64,000 nucleotides of DNA from Opitutia bacterium. GTDB taxonomy: Bacteria; Verrucomicrobiota; Verrucomicrobiia; Opitutales; Opitutaceae. The notes beneath the pieces were generated by a model, which was given only the letters and a program-made list of their open reading frames with translations, searched no databases and was not told the DNA's origin. The position numbers and the translations under genes are program-made. The number at the start of each line of letters is the position of its first letter. The stretch's first letter is position 1. Location of the stretch: positions 37,242 through 101,241 of the forward strand of contig JACPIS010000040.1 of the NCBI GenBank assembly GCA_016187925.1, given 5' to 3'. This document shows positions 53,909-64,000 of the stretch, piece by piece.

Positions 53909-54274
53909 TTAGAGGACCTCCGGAGCGAGCGAGATGATCTTCATGTAGTTCTTGGCGCGGAGCTCGCGGGCGACCGGGCCGAAGATGCGGGTGCCCTTCG
54001 GATTGCCGTCGTCGCCGATGATGACGATCGCGTTGGAATCGAAGCGGAGGTAGCTGCCGTCGGCGCGCCGCAGGGCGGCCTTCGTGCGGACGATGACGGC
54101 CTTGTGGACCTCGCCCTTCTTCACGGTGGCGTCGGTGCTGCTCTCCTTGATGTTGACGGTGATGATGTCACCGACGTGCGCATAGCGGGTGTTCTGCCCG
54201 ATGCGGCCGATCATGGACGCGCGGCGCGCGCCCGTGTTGTCGGCGATGTCGAGAATGGAACGCATCTGGATCAT
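53909..54274 (-). CDS. rplN: 50S ribosomal protein L14
   Basis: [25 protein letters not shown]. Confidence 0.98.
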   Translation of the reverse strand: MIQMRSILDIADNTGARRASMIGRIGQNTRYAHVGDIITVNIKESSTDATVKKGEVHKAVIVRTKAALRRADGSYLRFDSNAIVIIGDDGNPKGTRIFGPVARELRAKNYMKIISLAPEVL

Positions 54275-54295
54275 GGTGGTATCTCCGGTGCGGGG

Positions 54296-54646
54296 TTAGG
54301 CTTTCGGGGCGGCCGCGACCTTGGCGGTCTTGGTCGGCACGGTCTCGGCGACGTCCTTCTCGGACACGGCGGCGGCGGCGGTGACGGCGCGCTCGATGAC
54401 GTTGATGACGCGCCAGCGCTTGAGGCGGCTCATCGGGCGGGTCTCCATGACCTCGACCTTGTCGCCGACCGTGGTTTCGTTCTTCTCGTCGTGGACGTGG
54501 AGGACGGTCTTGCGGTTGATGACCTTGTGGTAGCGCGGGTGCGGCGTCTTATAGGGGACGGTGACCTTGACGGACTTGTCGCCCATCTTGGAGCTGACGA
54601 AGCCGATCTCGGTCTTGCGGGCGCTGTGACGTTCGTGAGTGGACAT
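54296..54646 (-). CDS. rpsQ: 30S ribosomal protein S17
   Basis: HPRYHK, HDEKN, ETRPMSRLKRW. Confidence 0.96.
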   Translation of the reverse strand: MSTHERHSARKTEIGFVSSKMGDKSVKVTVPYKTPHPRYHKVINRKTVLHVHDEKNETTVGDKVEVMETRPMSRLKRWRVINVIERAVTAAAAVSEKDVAETVPTKTAKVAAAPKA

Positions 54647-54667
54647 TGGCGGAAGTGGTTAGGCGCC

Positions 54668-54871
54668 TCAGGCGGCGGTCTGCTTGGATTTCTTCTCGGT
54701 GAGGATGGTCTCGAGGCGCGCGATGTCCTTGCGGAGGGCGCGGATCTCGTGGGTCTTCTCAACCTGGCCGGTGTTCTTGCGGAGCCGGAGCTGGAGGAGC
54801 TGCTCGCGCGTGGCGCGGAGCTTGGTGGTGATCTCGGCGGGAGCGAGGTCGCGGATTTCCTTGGTCGTCAT
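54668..54871 (-). CDS. rpmC: 50S ribosomal protein L29
   Basis: [10 protein letters not shown]; position after rplP. Confidence 0.95.
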   Translation of the reverse strand: MTTKEIRDLAPAEITTKLRATREQLLQLRLRKNTGQVEKTHEIRALRKDIARLETILTEKKSKQTAA

Positions 54872-54895
54872 GTGGGCGATCTCCTGTGGGGGGGG

Positions 54896-55321
54896 TTAGA
54901 CGGCCACGCCTTCGCGCGCGATGAAGCGGCAGCGGAAGGGCAGTTTGGCGTCGGCGAGGCGGAAGGCCTCCTTGGCGATGGTGGCGGGCACGCCGGCGAG
55001 CTCGAAGAGGACGGCGCCGGGCTTGATGACGGCGACGTAGAACTCGACCGGACCCTTGCCCTGGCCCATGCGCACCTCGGCGGGCTTCTTGGTGACGGGC
55101 TTGTGCGGGAAAACGCGAATCCAGAGCTTGCCCTTGCGCTTGAGGTGGCGGGCGATGGTGACGCGGGCGGCCTCGATCTGCTGGCCGGTCATGGGACCGC
55201 GTGAGAGGGACTGGAGGCCGAATTCACCGAAGGCGAGCGTATTGCCGCGCTTGGCGTTGCCGGCACGGGAGCCCTTCATCGACTTGCGATACTTGGTGCG
55301 GGCGGGTGTGAGAGTGGACAT
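54896..55321 (-). CDS. rplP: 50S ribosomal protein L16
   Basis: QIEAAR, WIRVFP, RMGQGKG. Confidence 0.97.
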   Translation of the reverse strand: MSTLTPARTKYRKSMKGSRAGNAKRGNTLAFGEFGLQSLSRGPMTGQQIEAARVTIARHLKRKGKLWIRVFPHKPVTKKPAEVRMGQGKGPVEFYVAVIKPGAVLFELAGVPATIAKEAFRLADAKLPFRCRFIAREGVAV

Positions 55322-55373
55322 GGCTTGAGTGAGCTAGGAGAGCGGAGGGCGCGGGACCCGGTGCTCGGTTAGG

Positions 55374-56003
55374 TTAATTGGATTCGTCCTTTTTGCAGAT
55401 CCAGCACTTGACGCCGATCTTGCCCCAGACGGTGCGGGCTTCGGCGAATCCGTAATCGATGTTCTCGCGGAGAGTGTGGAGCGGGATGCGGCCCTGGCGC
55501 TGCCACTCGCGGCGCGCGATGTCGGCGCCACCGAGGCGGCCGGAGCACTGGATCTTGATGCCGTCGATGCCGAGGGACATGGCCATCTGCACGGACTTCT
55601 TGATGGCGCGGCGGAAGGCGACGCGGCGCTCCAGCTGGAGCGCGACGTTCTCGGCCACGAGCTGGGCCTCGATCTCGGGCTTCTTGACCTCCTGGATGTC
55701 GAGGAGGACTTCCTTGCCCGTGAGCTTGCCGAGCTGGACCTTCATGTTCTCGACCTCCTGGCCCTTCTTGCCGATGACGATGCCGGGGCGGGCGGTGAAG
55801 ATTTTCACGCGGACGCGGTTGCCGGCGCGCTCGATGAAGATGCGCGGCACGGAGGCCTGGCGGAGCTTCTCCATGAGCGTGTCACGGATGACCTGGTCCT
55901 CGTGGAGGAGCTTGGCGAAATCCTTCTTGCGGGCGAACCAGCGAGACTGCCAGTTGCGGCGGACGGCGAGGCGGAAACCGGTTGGGTTGGTTTTTTGTCC
56001 CAT
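55374..56003 (-). CDS. rpsC: 30S ribosomal protein S3
   Basis: [28 protein letters not shown]. Confidence 0.98.
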   Translation of the reverse strand: MGQKTNPTGFRLAVRRNWQSRWFARKKDFAKLLHEDQVIRDTLMEKLRQASVPRIFIERAGNRVRVKIFTARPGIVIGKKGQEVENMKVQLGKLTGKEVLLDIQEVKKPEIEAQLVAENVALQLERRVAFRRAIKKSVQMAMSLGIDGIKIQCSGRLGGADIARREWQRQGRIPLHTLRENIDYGFAEARTVWGKIGVKCWICKKDESN

Positions 56004-56015
56004 GGTGAAGAGGGG

Positions 56016-56354
56016 TTAGGCTTGGCTGTCCGAGAGGACGATGCGGAGGTGAGACATGCGCTTGACGCGGGGCTTGGCGGAACCTTTGGCGCCGGCCTTG
56101 AAGCGCTTGAGCACGGGGCCGTTCTCGACGAGGGCGCGGTGCACGAACAGCTTGTCGGCGGAAAGGTTGTGGTTGTTCTCGGCGTTCGCCACGGCGCTCT
56201 TGAGCGTCTTGGCGAGGAGGCGCGCGGACTTGCGCGGGATGAGCGTGACCAGGTCGAGCGCCTCGGGCACGGAGCGGCCCTGGATCTCGTTGGCAACTTC
56301 GCGCACCTTCTTGGGCGACATGCGCGCGTAACGGGTGAGAGCTTGAATTTCCAT
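56016..56354 (-). CDS. rplV: 50S ribosomal protein L22
   Basis: SPKKVR, SAVANAENN. Confidence 0.97.
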   Translation of the reverse strand: MEIQALTRYARMSPKKVREVANEIQGRSVPEALDLVTLIPRKSARLLAKTLKSAVANAENNHNLSADKLFVHRALVENGPVLKRFKAGAKGSAKPRVKRMSHLRIVLSDSQA

Positions 56355-56380
56355 TGTGGTATTCCGGTTGGGCGCGGGCC

Positions 56381-56659
56381 TCAGATTTCCTTGCGCGTCA
56401 TGCCGCCGTGCGCCTTGAAGATGCGCGTGGGGGCGAACTCGCCGAGCTTGTGGCCGACCATGTTCTCCGTGACGTACACGGGAACGAAAGCCTTGCCGTT
56501 ATGAACGTTGAACGTCTGGCCGACGAAGTCGGGCGTGATGGTCGAGCGACGGCTCCAGGTCTGGATGGGCTTGCGGGCGCCACTGACCTTCGCGGCCTTC
56601 TGGACCTTCTCCAGGAGGTGGTAGTCGACGAAGAAACCTTTTTTGATGGAACGGGCCAT
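56381..56659 (-). CDS. rpsS: 30S ribosomal protein S19
   Basis: [26 protein letters not shown]. Confidence 0.98.
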   Translation of the reverse strand: MARSIKKGFFVDYHLLEKVQKAAKVSGARKPIQTWSRRSTITPDFVGQTFNVHNGKAFVPVYVTENMVGHKLGEFAPTRIFKAHGGMTRKEI

Positions 56660-56678
56660 GGATGGGAGTCGTTAAAGA

Positions 56679-57545
56679 TTACTTCTTGCCGCGCGGCGGA
56701 CGGCCGTTCTTGCGGGTGAGAATGAGGGAGTTGGAGGGCTTGGAGCGGCGGCGCGTCGGGAAGCCCTTGGCGAGCTGGCCCCACGGCGACACGAGGTGCT
56801 GGCGGCCGCCACCACCCTTGGACTTGCCCTGGCCGCCACCGTTCGGGTGGTCGACCGGGTTCATGGCGACGCCGCGCACGCGCGGGCGGCGGCCGAGCCA
56901 GCGGTTGCGGCCGGCCTTGCCGAGCTTGCGCTTGCTGTGGTCCTCGTTGCCGACCTCGCCGATCGTGGCGCGGCAGTGCGCGTTCACGAGGCGGGTCTCG
57001 CCGGAGGACATCTTGAGCTGGGCCATGCCGTTCTCGACGGCGACGAGCTCGACGGAGCTGCCGGCGGAGCGGGCGACCTGCGCACCGCGGCCGGGCAGCA
57101 GCTCGACGGCGTGCACCTTGGTGGCGGGCGGGATGACGGCCAGCGGGAAGCTGTTGCCGGGGCGATAGTCGTTCGACTCGGTCTTCAGTGCGCTGTAGAT
57201 CGAATCGCCGACCTTGAGGCCCTTCGGGGCGATGATGTAGCTCTTCGTGCCGTCGGCGTAGGAGAGGAGCGCGAGCAACGCGCTGCGGTTGGGATCGTAT
57301 TCGATCGCCTGGACCTTGGCGGGCATGTCGAGCTTGGCGCGCTTGAAGTCGATGACGCGGTAGAGCTTCTTGTGGCCGCCGCCGCGGCGACGCGACGTGA
57401 TGCGGCCATAGACGTTGCGGCCACCGGACTTGTTCTTGGACTCGACCAAGGAACGCTCGGGGCGTTTCGTGGAAATTTCCTCGGGGCGGTTCAGCTCGGT
57501 GAAACGCAGCGCGGCGGTGAGGGGACGGAAGGATTTGATAGCCAT
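56679..57545 (-). CDS. rplB: 50S ribosomal protein L2
   Basis: GGGHK, EYDPNRSA, VRGVAMNPVDHP. Confidence 0.98.
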   Translation of the reverse strand: MAIKSFRPLTAALRFTELNRPEEISTKRPERSLVESKNKSGGRNVYGRITSRRRGGGHKKLYRVIDFKRAKLDMPAKVQAIEYDPNRSALLALLSYADGTKSYIIAPKGLKVGDSIYSALKTESNDYRPGNSFPLAVIPPATKVHAVELLPGRGAQVARSAGSSVELVAVENGMAQLKMSSGETRLVNAHCRATIGEVGNEDHSKRKLGKAGRNRWLGRRPRVRGVAMNPVDHPNGGGQGKSKGGGGRQHLVSPWGQLAKGFPTRRRSKPSNSLILTRKNGRPPRGKK

Positions 57546-57558
57546 GGCGGGTGGTTCC

Positions 57559-57843
57559 TCAGACGAGCTCGATCTTGTCGCCCTGCTTGAGGGTGACGAT
57601 GGCGCGCTTCGAGTCGGAGGCGGTGGTGGGCAGGCCGCGGCGGGAACGCTTCGGCTTGCCCTTGATGTTTTGGATGTTCACGCGCTTCACGGTGACCTTG
57701 AAGGTCTGCTCGACGGCCTCGCGCACGGTGTGCTTGGTGGCCGAGGGATAGACCTCGAAGGTGTACTGCCCGTAGTTGGAGGAGAGCTTCGAAGCCTTCT
57801 CCGTCAGGCGCATGCTTTTGAGAACTTTGTCGGCGCTAATCAT
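57559..57843 (-). CDS. rplW: 50S ribosomal protein L23
   Basis: TEKA, YTFEV, KRAIVTL. Confidence 0.96.
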   Translation of the reverse strand: MISADKVLKSMRLTEKASKLSSNYGQYTFEVYPSATKHTVREAVEQTFKVTVKRVNIQNIKGKPKRSRRGLPTTASDSKRAIVTLKQGDKIELV

Positions 57844-58472
57844 GACTGACCTCCGGTGGCGCGAGCGATGAGCTGCTCGATGGCCTTGGTGGAAACGACG
57901 ATCTTGCTGTAGGCGACGAGATCGAGGGTGTTGAGCTTGGCGGCCTCCTGCAGGGTCACGCGGTCGAGGTTGCGCGCGGCGCGCGAGGTCTCGGCGGTGA
58001 AGGGAGCGTCGACGAGGAGCACCTTGCCCTTGGGGGCGATGCGGCTGACGACCTGGCCCATGAGCTTGGTCTTGGGCTGGGCGGGCGAGAAGGCCTCGAT
58101 GACATCGACATCGCCGGCGACGGCGCGGTCGAACAGGGCGCGGGAGAAAGCGAGGGCCTTCACCTTGCCGTTGATCTTCTTCGAGAAATCGCGGGGCTTC
58201 GGGCCGAACACGACACCGCCACCGCTCCAGAGCGGCGAACGGCTGGAGCCGGCGCGGGCGCGGCCGGAACCCTTCTGATTCCAGGGCTTCTTGCCACCGC
58301 CGCGGACTTCGCCGCGGGTCTTGGTGGAGCGGGTGCCCTGGCGGGCGTTGGCGCGGTGCGCGACGACGACTTCCTTGACGGCCTGGAGGCCCTTGTCGCC
58401 TTCGAAGGTCGGGAGCTTGAACTCCTTCTCGGTGCTCTTCGTGGCGTCGGTGCTGTAAACTTTAAGCTTCAT
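57840..58472 (-). CDS. rplD: 50S ribosomal protein L4
   Basis: TKTRGEVRGGGKKPWNQKGSGRARAG, FGPKPR. Confidence 0.97.
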   Translation of the reverse strand: MKLKVYSTDATKSTEKEFKLPTFEGDKGLQAVKEVVVAHRANARQGTRSTKTRGEVRGGGKKPWNQKGSGRARAGSSRSPLWSGGGVVFGPKPRDFSKKINGKVKALAFSRALFDRAVAGDVDVIEAFSPAQPKTKLMGQVVSRIAPKGKVLLVDAPFTAETSRAARNLDRVTLQEAAKLNTLDLVAYSKIVVSTKAIEQLIARATGGQS

Positions 58473-58487
58473 GATGGGTCAGTCTCC

Positions 58488-59129
58488 TTAGGCTTTCTTG
58501 GCCTTCTTGCCGGCGCGGACGATCACCGTGTCGCCGTTGGCGCCGGGGATGGCGCCCTTGACGAGCAGCAGGTTCTTGTCGGCGATGACCTTCACGACGC
58601 GCAGATTCTGCACGGTGCGGTTGTCGCTGCCCATGTGGCCGGGCATGCGCTGGTTCTTCCACGAGCGGCCGGGCGTCTGGCGCATGCCGATGGAGCCGAT
58701 GCGGCGGTGGAACATCGAACCGTGCGAGGCGGGACCGCCGGCGACACGGAAGCGTTTCACGACGCCCTGGAAGCCCTTGCCCTTGCTGACGCCGATGACG
58801 TCGACGATCTGGCCCTCGGTGAACGCAGTGACGGTGACGACGTCACCGGCCTTCACGGTGGGGGCCTCGGCGAGGCGGACTTCGCTCAGCTCGCGCGGGC
58901 TAGACTCGAGACCCGCCTTCTTGGCGTGGTTGGCCTCGGCCTTGGAGGTGTTCTTGGACTTCTTCGAACCGAAGCCAAGCTGCACCGCGTTATAACCGTC
59001 GGTGGCGACGGTCTTGACTTGGACAACCGGGCAGGGGCCGGCTTCCACGACGGTGACGGGCACGAGCACGTTCTGTGCGTCGTAGACCTGCGTCATTCCG
59101 AGTTTTTTGCCTAATAGAGTAGTGATCAT
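58488..59129 (-). CDS. rplC: 50S ribosomal protein L3
   Basis: GKKLGMTQ, DGYNAVQ, SKGKGFQG, MPGHMG. Confidence 0.98.
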   Translation of the reverse strand: MITTLLGKKLGMTQVYDAQNVLVPVTVVEAGPCPVVQVKTVATDGYNAVQLGFGSKKSKNTSKAEANHAKKAGLESSPRELSEVRLAEAPTVKAGDVVTVTAFTEGQIVDVIGVSKGKGFQGVVKRFRVAGGPASHGSMFHRRIGSIGMRQTPGRSWKNQRMPGHMGSDNRTVQNLRVVKVIADKNLLLVKGAIPGANGDTVIVRAGKKAKKA

Positions 59130-59235
59130 AGGCTAAGTGGTAGGTGGAGGGTTTCCGTTTGGTTTAGACCTACATTAGCAATCCGGCGAGGGAGCCACCG
59201 GTGGCTGCTAAAGTGACTGTCTGAAAGTTGTGTCG

Positions 59236-59544
59236 TTAGACGTTGATCGTGATGTCGACGCCCGAGGGCAGGTTGAGTTTCTTGAGCTCGTCGACCGTCT
59301 GGGCCGTGGGCTCGAGGATGTCGATCAGGCGCTTGTGCGTGCGGGACTCGAACTGCTCCATCGACTTCTTGTCGACGTGCGGGGAGCGATTGACGGTGAC
59401 CTTCTCGATGCGGGTGGGCAGCGGGATGGGACCGGAGACGCGCGCGCCGGAGCGCTTGGCGGTTTCGACGATTTCCAGGGCGGACTGATCGATCACACGG
59501 TAATCGAAGCCCTGGAGTTTGATGCGAATGCGTTGGCCTTTCAT
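59236..59544 (-). CDS. rpsJ: 30S ribosomal protein S10
   Basis: [21 protein letters not shown]. Confidence 0.98.
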   Translation of the reverse strand: MKGQRIRIKLQGFDYRVIDQSALEIVETAKRSGARVSGPIPLPTRIEKVTVNRSPHVDKKSMEQFESRTHKRLIDILEPTAQTVDELKKLNLPSGVDITINV

Positions 59545-59564
59545 GGCGGTATAAAGAACGGGGG

Positions 59565-61757
59565 TTAGGTACGAGCCGGGGCCTTGGAGGAGGTCTCGAC
59601 GATCTTGGCGAGCAGGTTGTTCGGCACCTGCGCGAAGTGCGACGGCGTGATGGAGGCGCTGGCGCGGCCCTTCGACAGGGAACGGATGTCCGTGACGTAG
59701 CCGAAGAGCATCTCGAGCGGAACGTGGGCCGCGATGATGCAGGCGCCGTTCTTGTTCTCCATGCCCTGAATCTGGCCGCGGCGGCGGTTGATGTCGCCCA
59801 TCAGATCGCCCTGATACTCTTCCGGCGTGGTCACCTCGACGCCCATGATGGGCTCGAGGAGGATGGGCTTGGCGGCCTTCATGGCTTCCTTGAAGCCGAA
59901 GATGCCGGCCATCTTGAACGCGAGTTCGGACGAGTCGACCTCGTGGAACGAGCCGTCGATGATCCGGACGATGACGTCCACGACCGGGTAGCCGGCGACG
60001 GCGCCGTTGTTGGCGCCCTCGAGGATACCGTCCGTGGCGGGCTTGATGAATTCCTTCGGGATGACGCCACCCACGATCTCGTTGACGACCTCGACGCCCT
60101 TGCCCTTTTCGTTGGGCTCGATCTTGACGACGACGTGGCCGTACTGGCCCTTGCCGCCCGACTGGCGGATGAACTTGCCCTCGCCTTCCGCCTTGGCCGT
60201 CACGGTCTCGCGGTACGCGATCTGCGGCTTGCCGACGGTCGCCTCGACCTTGAACTCGCGCTTCATGCGGTCGACGATGATCTCGAGGTGCAGCTCGCCC
60301 ATGCCGGCGAGAATGGTCTGGCCGGTGTCCTGATCGGTCTTGACGCGGAGGGTCGGATCCTCGGCCACGAGGCGCTGGAGCGCGACGCCGAGCTTTTCCT
60401 GGTCGCCCTTCGAGTTCGGCTCGATGGACATCGCAATGACGGGCTCGGGGAAGGACGGCGGCTCGAGGCGGATGTCGAAGTCCTCATCGCACAGCGTGTC
60501 GCCGGTGATGACCTCCTTGACGCCGACGAGCGCGCAGATGTCGCCCGAGTAGGCCATGTCGATTTCCTCGCGGTCCATGGCGCGCATCAGCACGAGGCGC
60601 GAGACGCGCTCGGTGCGGCGGGTGCGGGGATTGTAGAGCGGCGTGCCCTTCTTGAGGATGCCGGTGTAGACGCGGTAGAAAACGAGCTTACCGACGAACG
60701 GGTCGGTCCAGAGCTTGAAGGCGAGGCCGGCGAGCTTCGACTTGTCGTCGACGACCGCCAGGACTTCCTTGCCGTCGCTGTCCTGGCCCTTCATGGCGGG
60801 GACATCGATCGGGCTCGGGAGGTAGTTGACGACGCAGTCGAGGAGGCGCTGCACGCCCTTCTTCTTGAAGGCGGAGCCCGGGATGACGCCGGTGAACTTC
60901 ATCGACACCGTGGCCTTGCGGACGGCGAGGATGAACTCTTCGGTGGTGATCTCTTCGCCTCCGAGGTATTTCTCGGCAATGACGTCGTCGAAATCGGAAA
61001 CGGCCTCGATCAGCTTCTCGCGGTATTCCTTCGCCTGCTTGGCGTACTCGGCCGGGATCGCGGAGGTGACCGGGTTCATGCCGAGCTGGTCCGTCGTGTC
61101 GTCGAAGATGTAAGCGACGTTCTGCACGAGGTCGATCAGGCCGTTGAAGTTTTCCTCCTGGCCGATCGGAATGTAGAGCGGATGGGCGTTGGCCTTGAGC
61201 TTCTCGCGCATCTCGTCGACGGCGCGGAAGAAGTTGGCGCCGGTGCGGTCCATCTTGTTGACGAACGCGACGCGTGGCACGCCGTACTTGTTGGCTTGGC
61301 GCCAGACGGTCTCGGACTGCGGCTGCACGCCGGCCACCGCGCAGAACACGGCGACGGCGCCGTCGAGCACGCGCATGGAGCGCTCCACCTCGGCGGTGAA
61401 GTCGACATGCCCGGGGGTGTCGATGATGTTAATGCGCTGCTTGATGCCCTTCCACGGGCCGAAGGAGGCGTTCCAGGCGCAGGAAATGGCGGCGGCGGTG
61501 ATCGTGATGCCGCGCTCGCGCTCCTGCTCCATCCAGTCGGTCACCGTGGTGCCCTCGTGGACTTCGCCCATCTTGTGGACGGCGCCGGAGTAGAAAAGAA
61601 TGCGCTCGGTCGTCGTGGTCTTGCCGGCGTCGATGTGCGCGGCGATGCCGATGTTGCGCGTCCACTCGAGCGGGAACGGACGGTCCTTGGCGTTGGCCGG
61701 AGCGACCTTGGCCTTGTCGGTGACGACGGTGATCTTGAGGGGAGATTCGACGGACAT
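59565..61757 (-). CDS. fusA: Elongation factor G
   Basis: [37 protein letters not shown]. Confidence 0.98.
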   Translation of the reverse strand: MSVESPLKITVVTDKAKVAPANAKDRPFPLEWTRNIGIAAHIDAGKTTTTERILFYSGAVHKMGEVHEGTTVTDWMEQERERGITITAAAISCAWNASFGPWKGIKQRINIIDTPGHVDFTAEVERSMRVLDGAVAVFCAVAGVQPQSETVWRQANKYGVPRVAFVNKMDRTGANFFRAVDEMREKLKANAHPLYIPIGQEENFNGLIDLVQNVAYIFDDTTDQLGMNPVTSAIPAEYAKQAKEYREKLIEAVSDFDDVIAEKYLGGEEITTEEFILAVRKATVSMKFTGVIPGSAFKKKGVQRLLDCVVNYLPSPIDVPAMKGQDSDGKEVLAVVDDKSKLAGLAFKLWTDPFVGKLVFYRVYTGILKKGTPLYNPRTRRTERVSRLVLMRAMDREEIDMAYSGDICALVGVKEVITGDTLCDEDFDIRLEPPSFPEPVIAMSIEPNSKGDQEKLGVALQRLVAEDPTLRVKTDQDTGQTILAGMGELHLEIIVDRMKREFKVEATVGKPQIAYRETVTAKAEGEGKFIRQSGGKGQYGHVVVKIEPNEKGKGVEVVNEIVGGVIPKEFIKPATDGILEGANNGAVAGYPVVDVIVRIIDGSFHEVDSSELAFKMAGIFGFKEAMKAAKPILLEPIMGVEVTTPEEYQGDLMGDINRRRGQIQGMENKNGACIIAAHVPLEMLFGYVTDIRSLSKGRASASITPSHFAQVPNNLLAKIVETSSKAPART

Positions 61758-61769
61758 GCGTGTGGATCC

Positions 61770-62243
61770 TTACCAGCGAAGGTGGGCGAAGGCGCGGTTG
61801 GCCTGGGCCATCTTGTGCGTGTCTTCCTTCTTCTTCACGACGCTGCCCGTGTTGTTGTAGGCGTCGATGATCTCGGCGGCGAGGGCCTCGCGCATGGCGA
61901 TGCCCTTGCGGCCGGTCGCGGCGTCGACGATCCAGCGGAGGGCGAGCGACTCCTGGCGCTCGAAGGAAATTTCAACCGGCACCTGGTAGGTGGCGCCACC
62001 GACGCGGCGGCTCTTGACCTCCAGCTTCGGGCGGGCGTTCTCGAGGGCGCCCATCAGCAGGTCGACCGGGTCGCCTTTCTGCAGCTTCTCGCTCACGCGC
62101 TCGAAGGCGCCGTAAACGATGCGCTCGGCAATGGTCTTCTTGCCGCTCTTCATGATGACGTTGATGAGGTGCGTCACCAGCGCGCTGTTGTAGCGGGCAT
62201 CAGGGGTGGTGGCACGGTGCGTTGCTCTGCGACGACGAGACAT
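61770..62243 (-). CDS. rpsG: 30S ribosomal protein S7
   Basis: [22 protein letters not shown]. Confidence 0.98.
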   Translation of the reverse strand: MSRRRRATHRATTPDARYNSALVTHLINVIMKSGKKTIAERIVYGAFERVSEKLQKGDPVDLLMGALENARPKLEVKSRRVGGATYQVPVEISFERQESLALRWIVDAATGRKGIAMREALAAEIIDAYNNTGSVVKKKEDTHKMAQANRAFAHLRW

Positions 62244-62264
62244 GGTGAAAAGAAAGAACGGGGA

Positions 62265-62645
62265 TTACTTGGCGGCCTTCGGGCGCTTGACGCCGTACTT
62301 GGAACGGGAGCGACGGCGTTTCTCGACGCCGGTGGCGTCGAGCGTGCCGCGGACGATGTGGTAGCGGACGCCGGGGAGATCCTTCACACGGCCGCCGCGC
62401 ACAAGCACGATCGAGTGCTCTTGGAGATTGTGGCCCTCGTCCGGGATGTAGGAAATGACTTCCGTACCGTTCGTGAGGCGGACCTTGGCGACCTTACGGA
62501 TGGCCGAGTTCGGCTTCTTCGGCGTGCGGGTCATGACCTGCACGCAGACGCCGCGGCGGAAGGGGTTGCCCTGCAAAGCCGGGGCCTTGGACTTCGCACG
62601 GACCTTGCGGCGTCCTTTTCTCACGAGTTGGTTGATGGTGGGCAT
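62265..62645 (-). CDS. rpsL: 30S ribosomal protein S12
   Basis: [27 protein letters not shown]; start ATG 62645. Confidence 0.98.
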   Translation of the reverse strand: MPTINQLVRKGRRKVRAKSKAPALQGNPFRRGVCVQVMTRTPKKPNSAIRKVAKVRLTNGTEVISYIPDEGHNLQEHSIVLVRGGRVKDLPGVRYHIVRGTLDATGVEKRRRSRSKYGVKRPKAAK

Positions 62646-63018
62646 TTGATGGAAGTTGAGGGATGTAAAGAGAGGAAAAGGCGCGGAACCTACCGGACGA
62701 AAAATGTCCGGCAAGCACTTTTTCGCGCTGATGTGAAAAACACGGATTTTGAGAGCGGAAGCGCCCAAAAACCGTGGCGTCAGGTGCACTCCCAGTTTGG
62801 CTGGAAGCGCTGTATTTTGACGAAAATGGAGGGTCAGCAAACCACGCCGCTTTGACTCACTTCAAGCGTGAAATGAAAAATTATCACCCAAGTTATTCAC
62901 AATATCAGCCCGGCTTCGAAAAACCCGCTTCTACCCTCCCCTGCACTGCCTTGCTCGCGTCCCGGAATGGATCCCCTCACGCCTGTACCATCACCCGACC
63001 CGGCATTCTCATGGCTGC

Positions 63019-63051
63019 AAAAAAAACGCCCGGCCGGTGAGGGCCGGGCGT
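63019..63051 (-). terminator. Strong intrinsic terminator with no adjacent gene
   Basis: 10-bp stem acgcccggcc/ggccgggcgt with a T8 run on the minus strand. Confidence 0.8.
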
Positions 63052-63177
63052 AAGACACCCGGAGCAGAGCTCTACAGGCATCTTTTTGGCGGGAGGACCT
63101 GTAGGGTCCCAAATCCGTCGCAAAAAACAAGGCCAAATTTTGCGATTTCCCCTCTGAAAATTGTAATTTGTCCAAAG

Positions 63178-63207
63178 AAAAAGCCGCAGCGTTTCGGCTG
63201 CGGCTTT
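63178..63207 (-). terminator. rpoC terminator
   Basis: aaagccgcagc/gctgcggcttt stem plus T run, about 20 nt after the rpoC stop. Confidence 0.88.
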
Positions 63208-63226
63208 GAAGTGATTCGTCCCGGGC

Positions 63227-64000
63227 TTAGCTCGCCTCGGCGGTGGCCGGAGTGCGCGGAGCGTCGTCCATCGGGATCTCGCCACCCAGCGGGAGCGTGA
63301 CCTTCAGCTTCTTGTAAGCCGGGAGGCCGGTGCCCGCGGGGATCATGTGACCCATGATGATGTTCTCCTTGAAGCCCGTGAGCACGTCGACCTTGCCGAG
63401 AGTCGAGGCATCGGTGAGGACGCGGGTCGTCTCTTGGAACGAAGCAGCGGCCAGGAAGCTCTCGGTCTCGAGGGAAGCCTTCGTGATACCCAGGAGAATC
63501 GGCTCGGCCTCGGCGGGCTTGCCGCCGGCGGCATCGAGTCGCTTGTTCTCCTTGAGGAAGCTCGTGCGGTCGATCTGCTCGCCCCAGAAGAAGTCGCTGT
63601 CACCCGGATCCGTGATGCGAACCTTGCGGAGCATCTGGCGGATGATGACCTCGATGTGCTTGTCGTTGATCGACACGCCCTGGAGACGGTAGACTTCCTG
63701 CACTTGGCCGATGAGGAACTCGTAGAGCGCGGTCGGCCCGAGGATCTCGAGGATCTCGTGCGGATCGGCGGAGCCTTCGGTGAGGTGCTGGCCCTTGTGG
63801 ACGACGTCGCCCGGCTGCACGATGATGTGCTTGCCGTGCGGGATCAGGTGTTCCTCCTCGGCGGCGGCCTCCTCGTTGCGGACGACGAGCTTGCGCTTGC
63901 CGCGGATGGAACCCTCGAACGAGACGACACCGTCGATGCGGGCCATCTCGGCGGCTTCCTTCGGGCGGCGGGCTTCGAAGAGCTCGGCCACGCGGGGGAG
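63227..64000 (-). CDS. rpoC: RNA polymerase beta' subunit, C-terminal part (5'-truncated by window edge)
   Basis: LPRVAELFEARRPK, INDKHIEVI, SFQETTRVLT, KENIIMG, IPAGTG. Confidence 0.98.
   Translation of the reverse strand, partial: LPRVAELFEARRPKEAAEMARIDGVVSFEGSIRGKRKLVVRNEEAAAEEEHLIPHGKHIIVQPGDVVHKGQHLTEGSADPHEILEILGPTALYEFLIGQVQEVYRLQGVSINDKHIEVIIRQMLRKVRITDPGDSDFFWGEQIDRTSFLKENKRLDAAGGKPAEAEPILLGITKASLETESFLAAASFQETTRVLTDASTLGKVDVLTGFKENIIMGHMIPAGTGLPAYKKLKVTLPLGGEIPMDDAPRTPATAEAS

Noticed and set aside
59637..62855. 1072-aa plus-strand ORF
   Set aside because: Antisense shadow of fusA, rpsG and rpsL.
63085..63120. tRNA-like ...cctcccgcca end on the minus strand
   Set aside because: No T-loop (GTTCRA), D-arm or cloverleaf can be built.

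Overview
High-GC core-chromosome segment, most likely from a verrucomicrobium (Opitutaceae-like; inferred from gene order, the N-terminally extended S11 and EF-G, and the long SecA). The right third (43.9-64 kb) is the minus-strand rpoC'-str-S10-spc-alpha superoperon. It lacks tuf, rpmD, infA and rpmJ, and the adk slot holds a degenerate adenylate kinase homolog with no P-loop. The left two-thirds hold housekeeping and metabolic genes (tdk, CoA transferase-ldhA, lnt, secA, tgt, folPBK, pabA/trpG-nrdR, dprA, nnr, acpS, pdxJ, gltA, guaA), a circularly permuted ATP-grasp/alpha-E/transglutaminase operon and several peptidases and esterases. No rRNA, tRNA, CRISPR array, transposase or integrase was seen. 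The main non-obvious signals are: (1) a ~149-bp degenerate duplication of the tgt 3' end bracketing a GT-C glycosyltransferase gene, i.e. an insertion scar; (2) many small palindromic elements of at least four architectures at gene junctions, with covarying stems, stacking and nesting, including one REP copy translated in frame inside the Nnr interdomain linker; (3) the pseudo-Adk; (4) a Gln/Glu-rich tail on the alpha-E protein; (5) candidate structured RNAs in the ribosomal operon and largely Shine-Dalgarno-free translation starts. Where an ORF-track start looked over-extended, the start was reassigned by eye.
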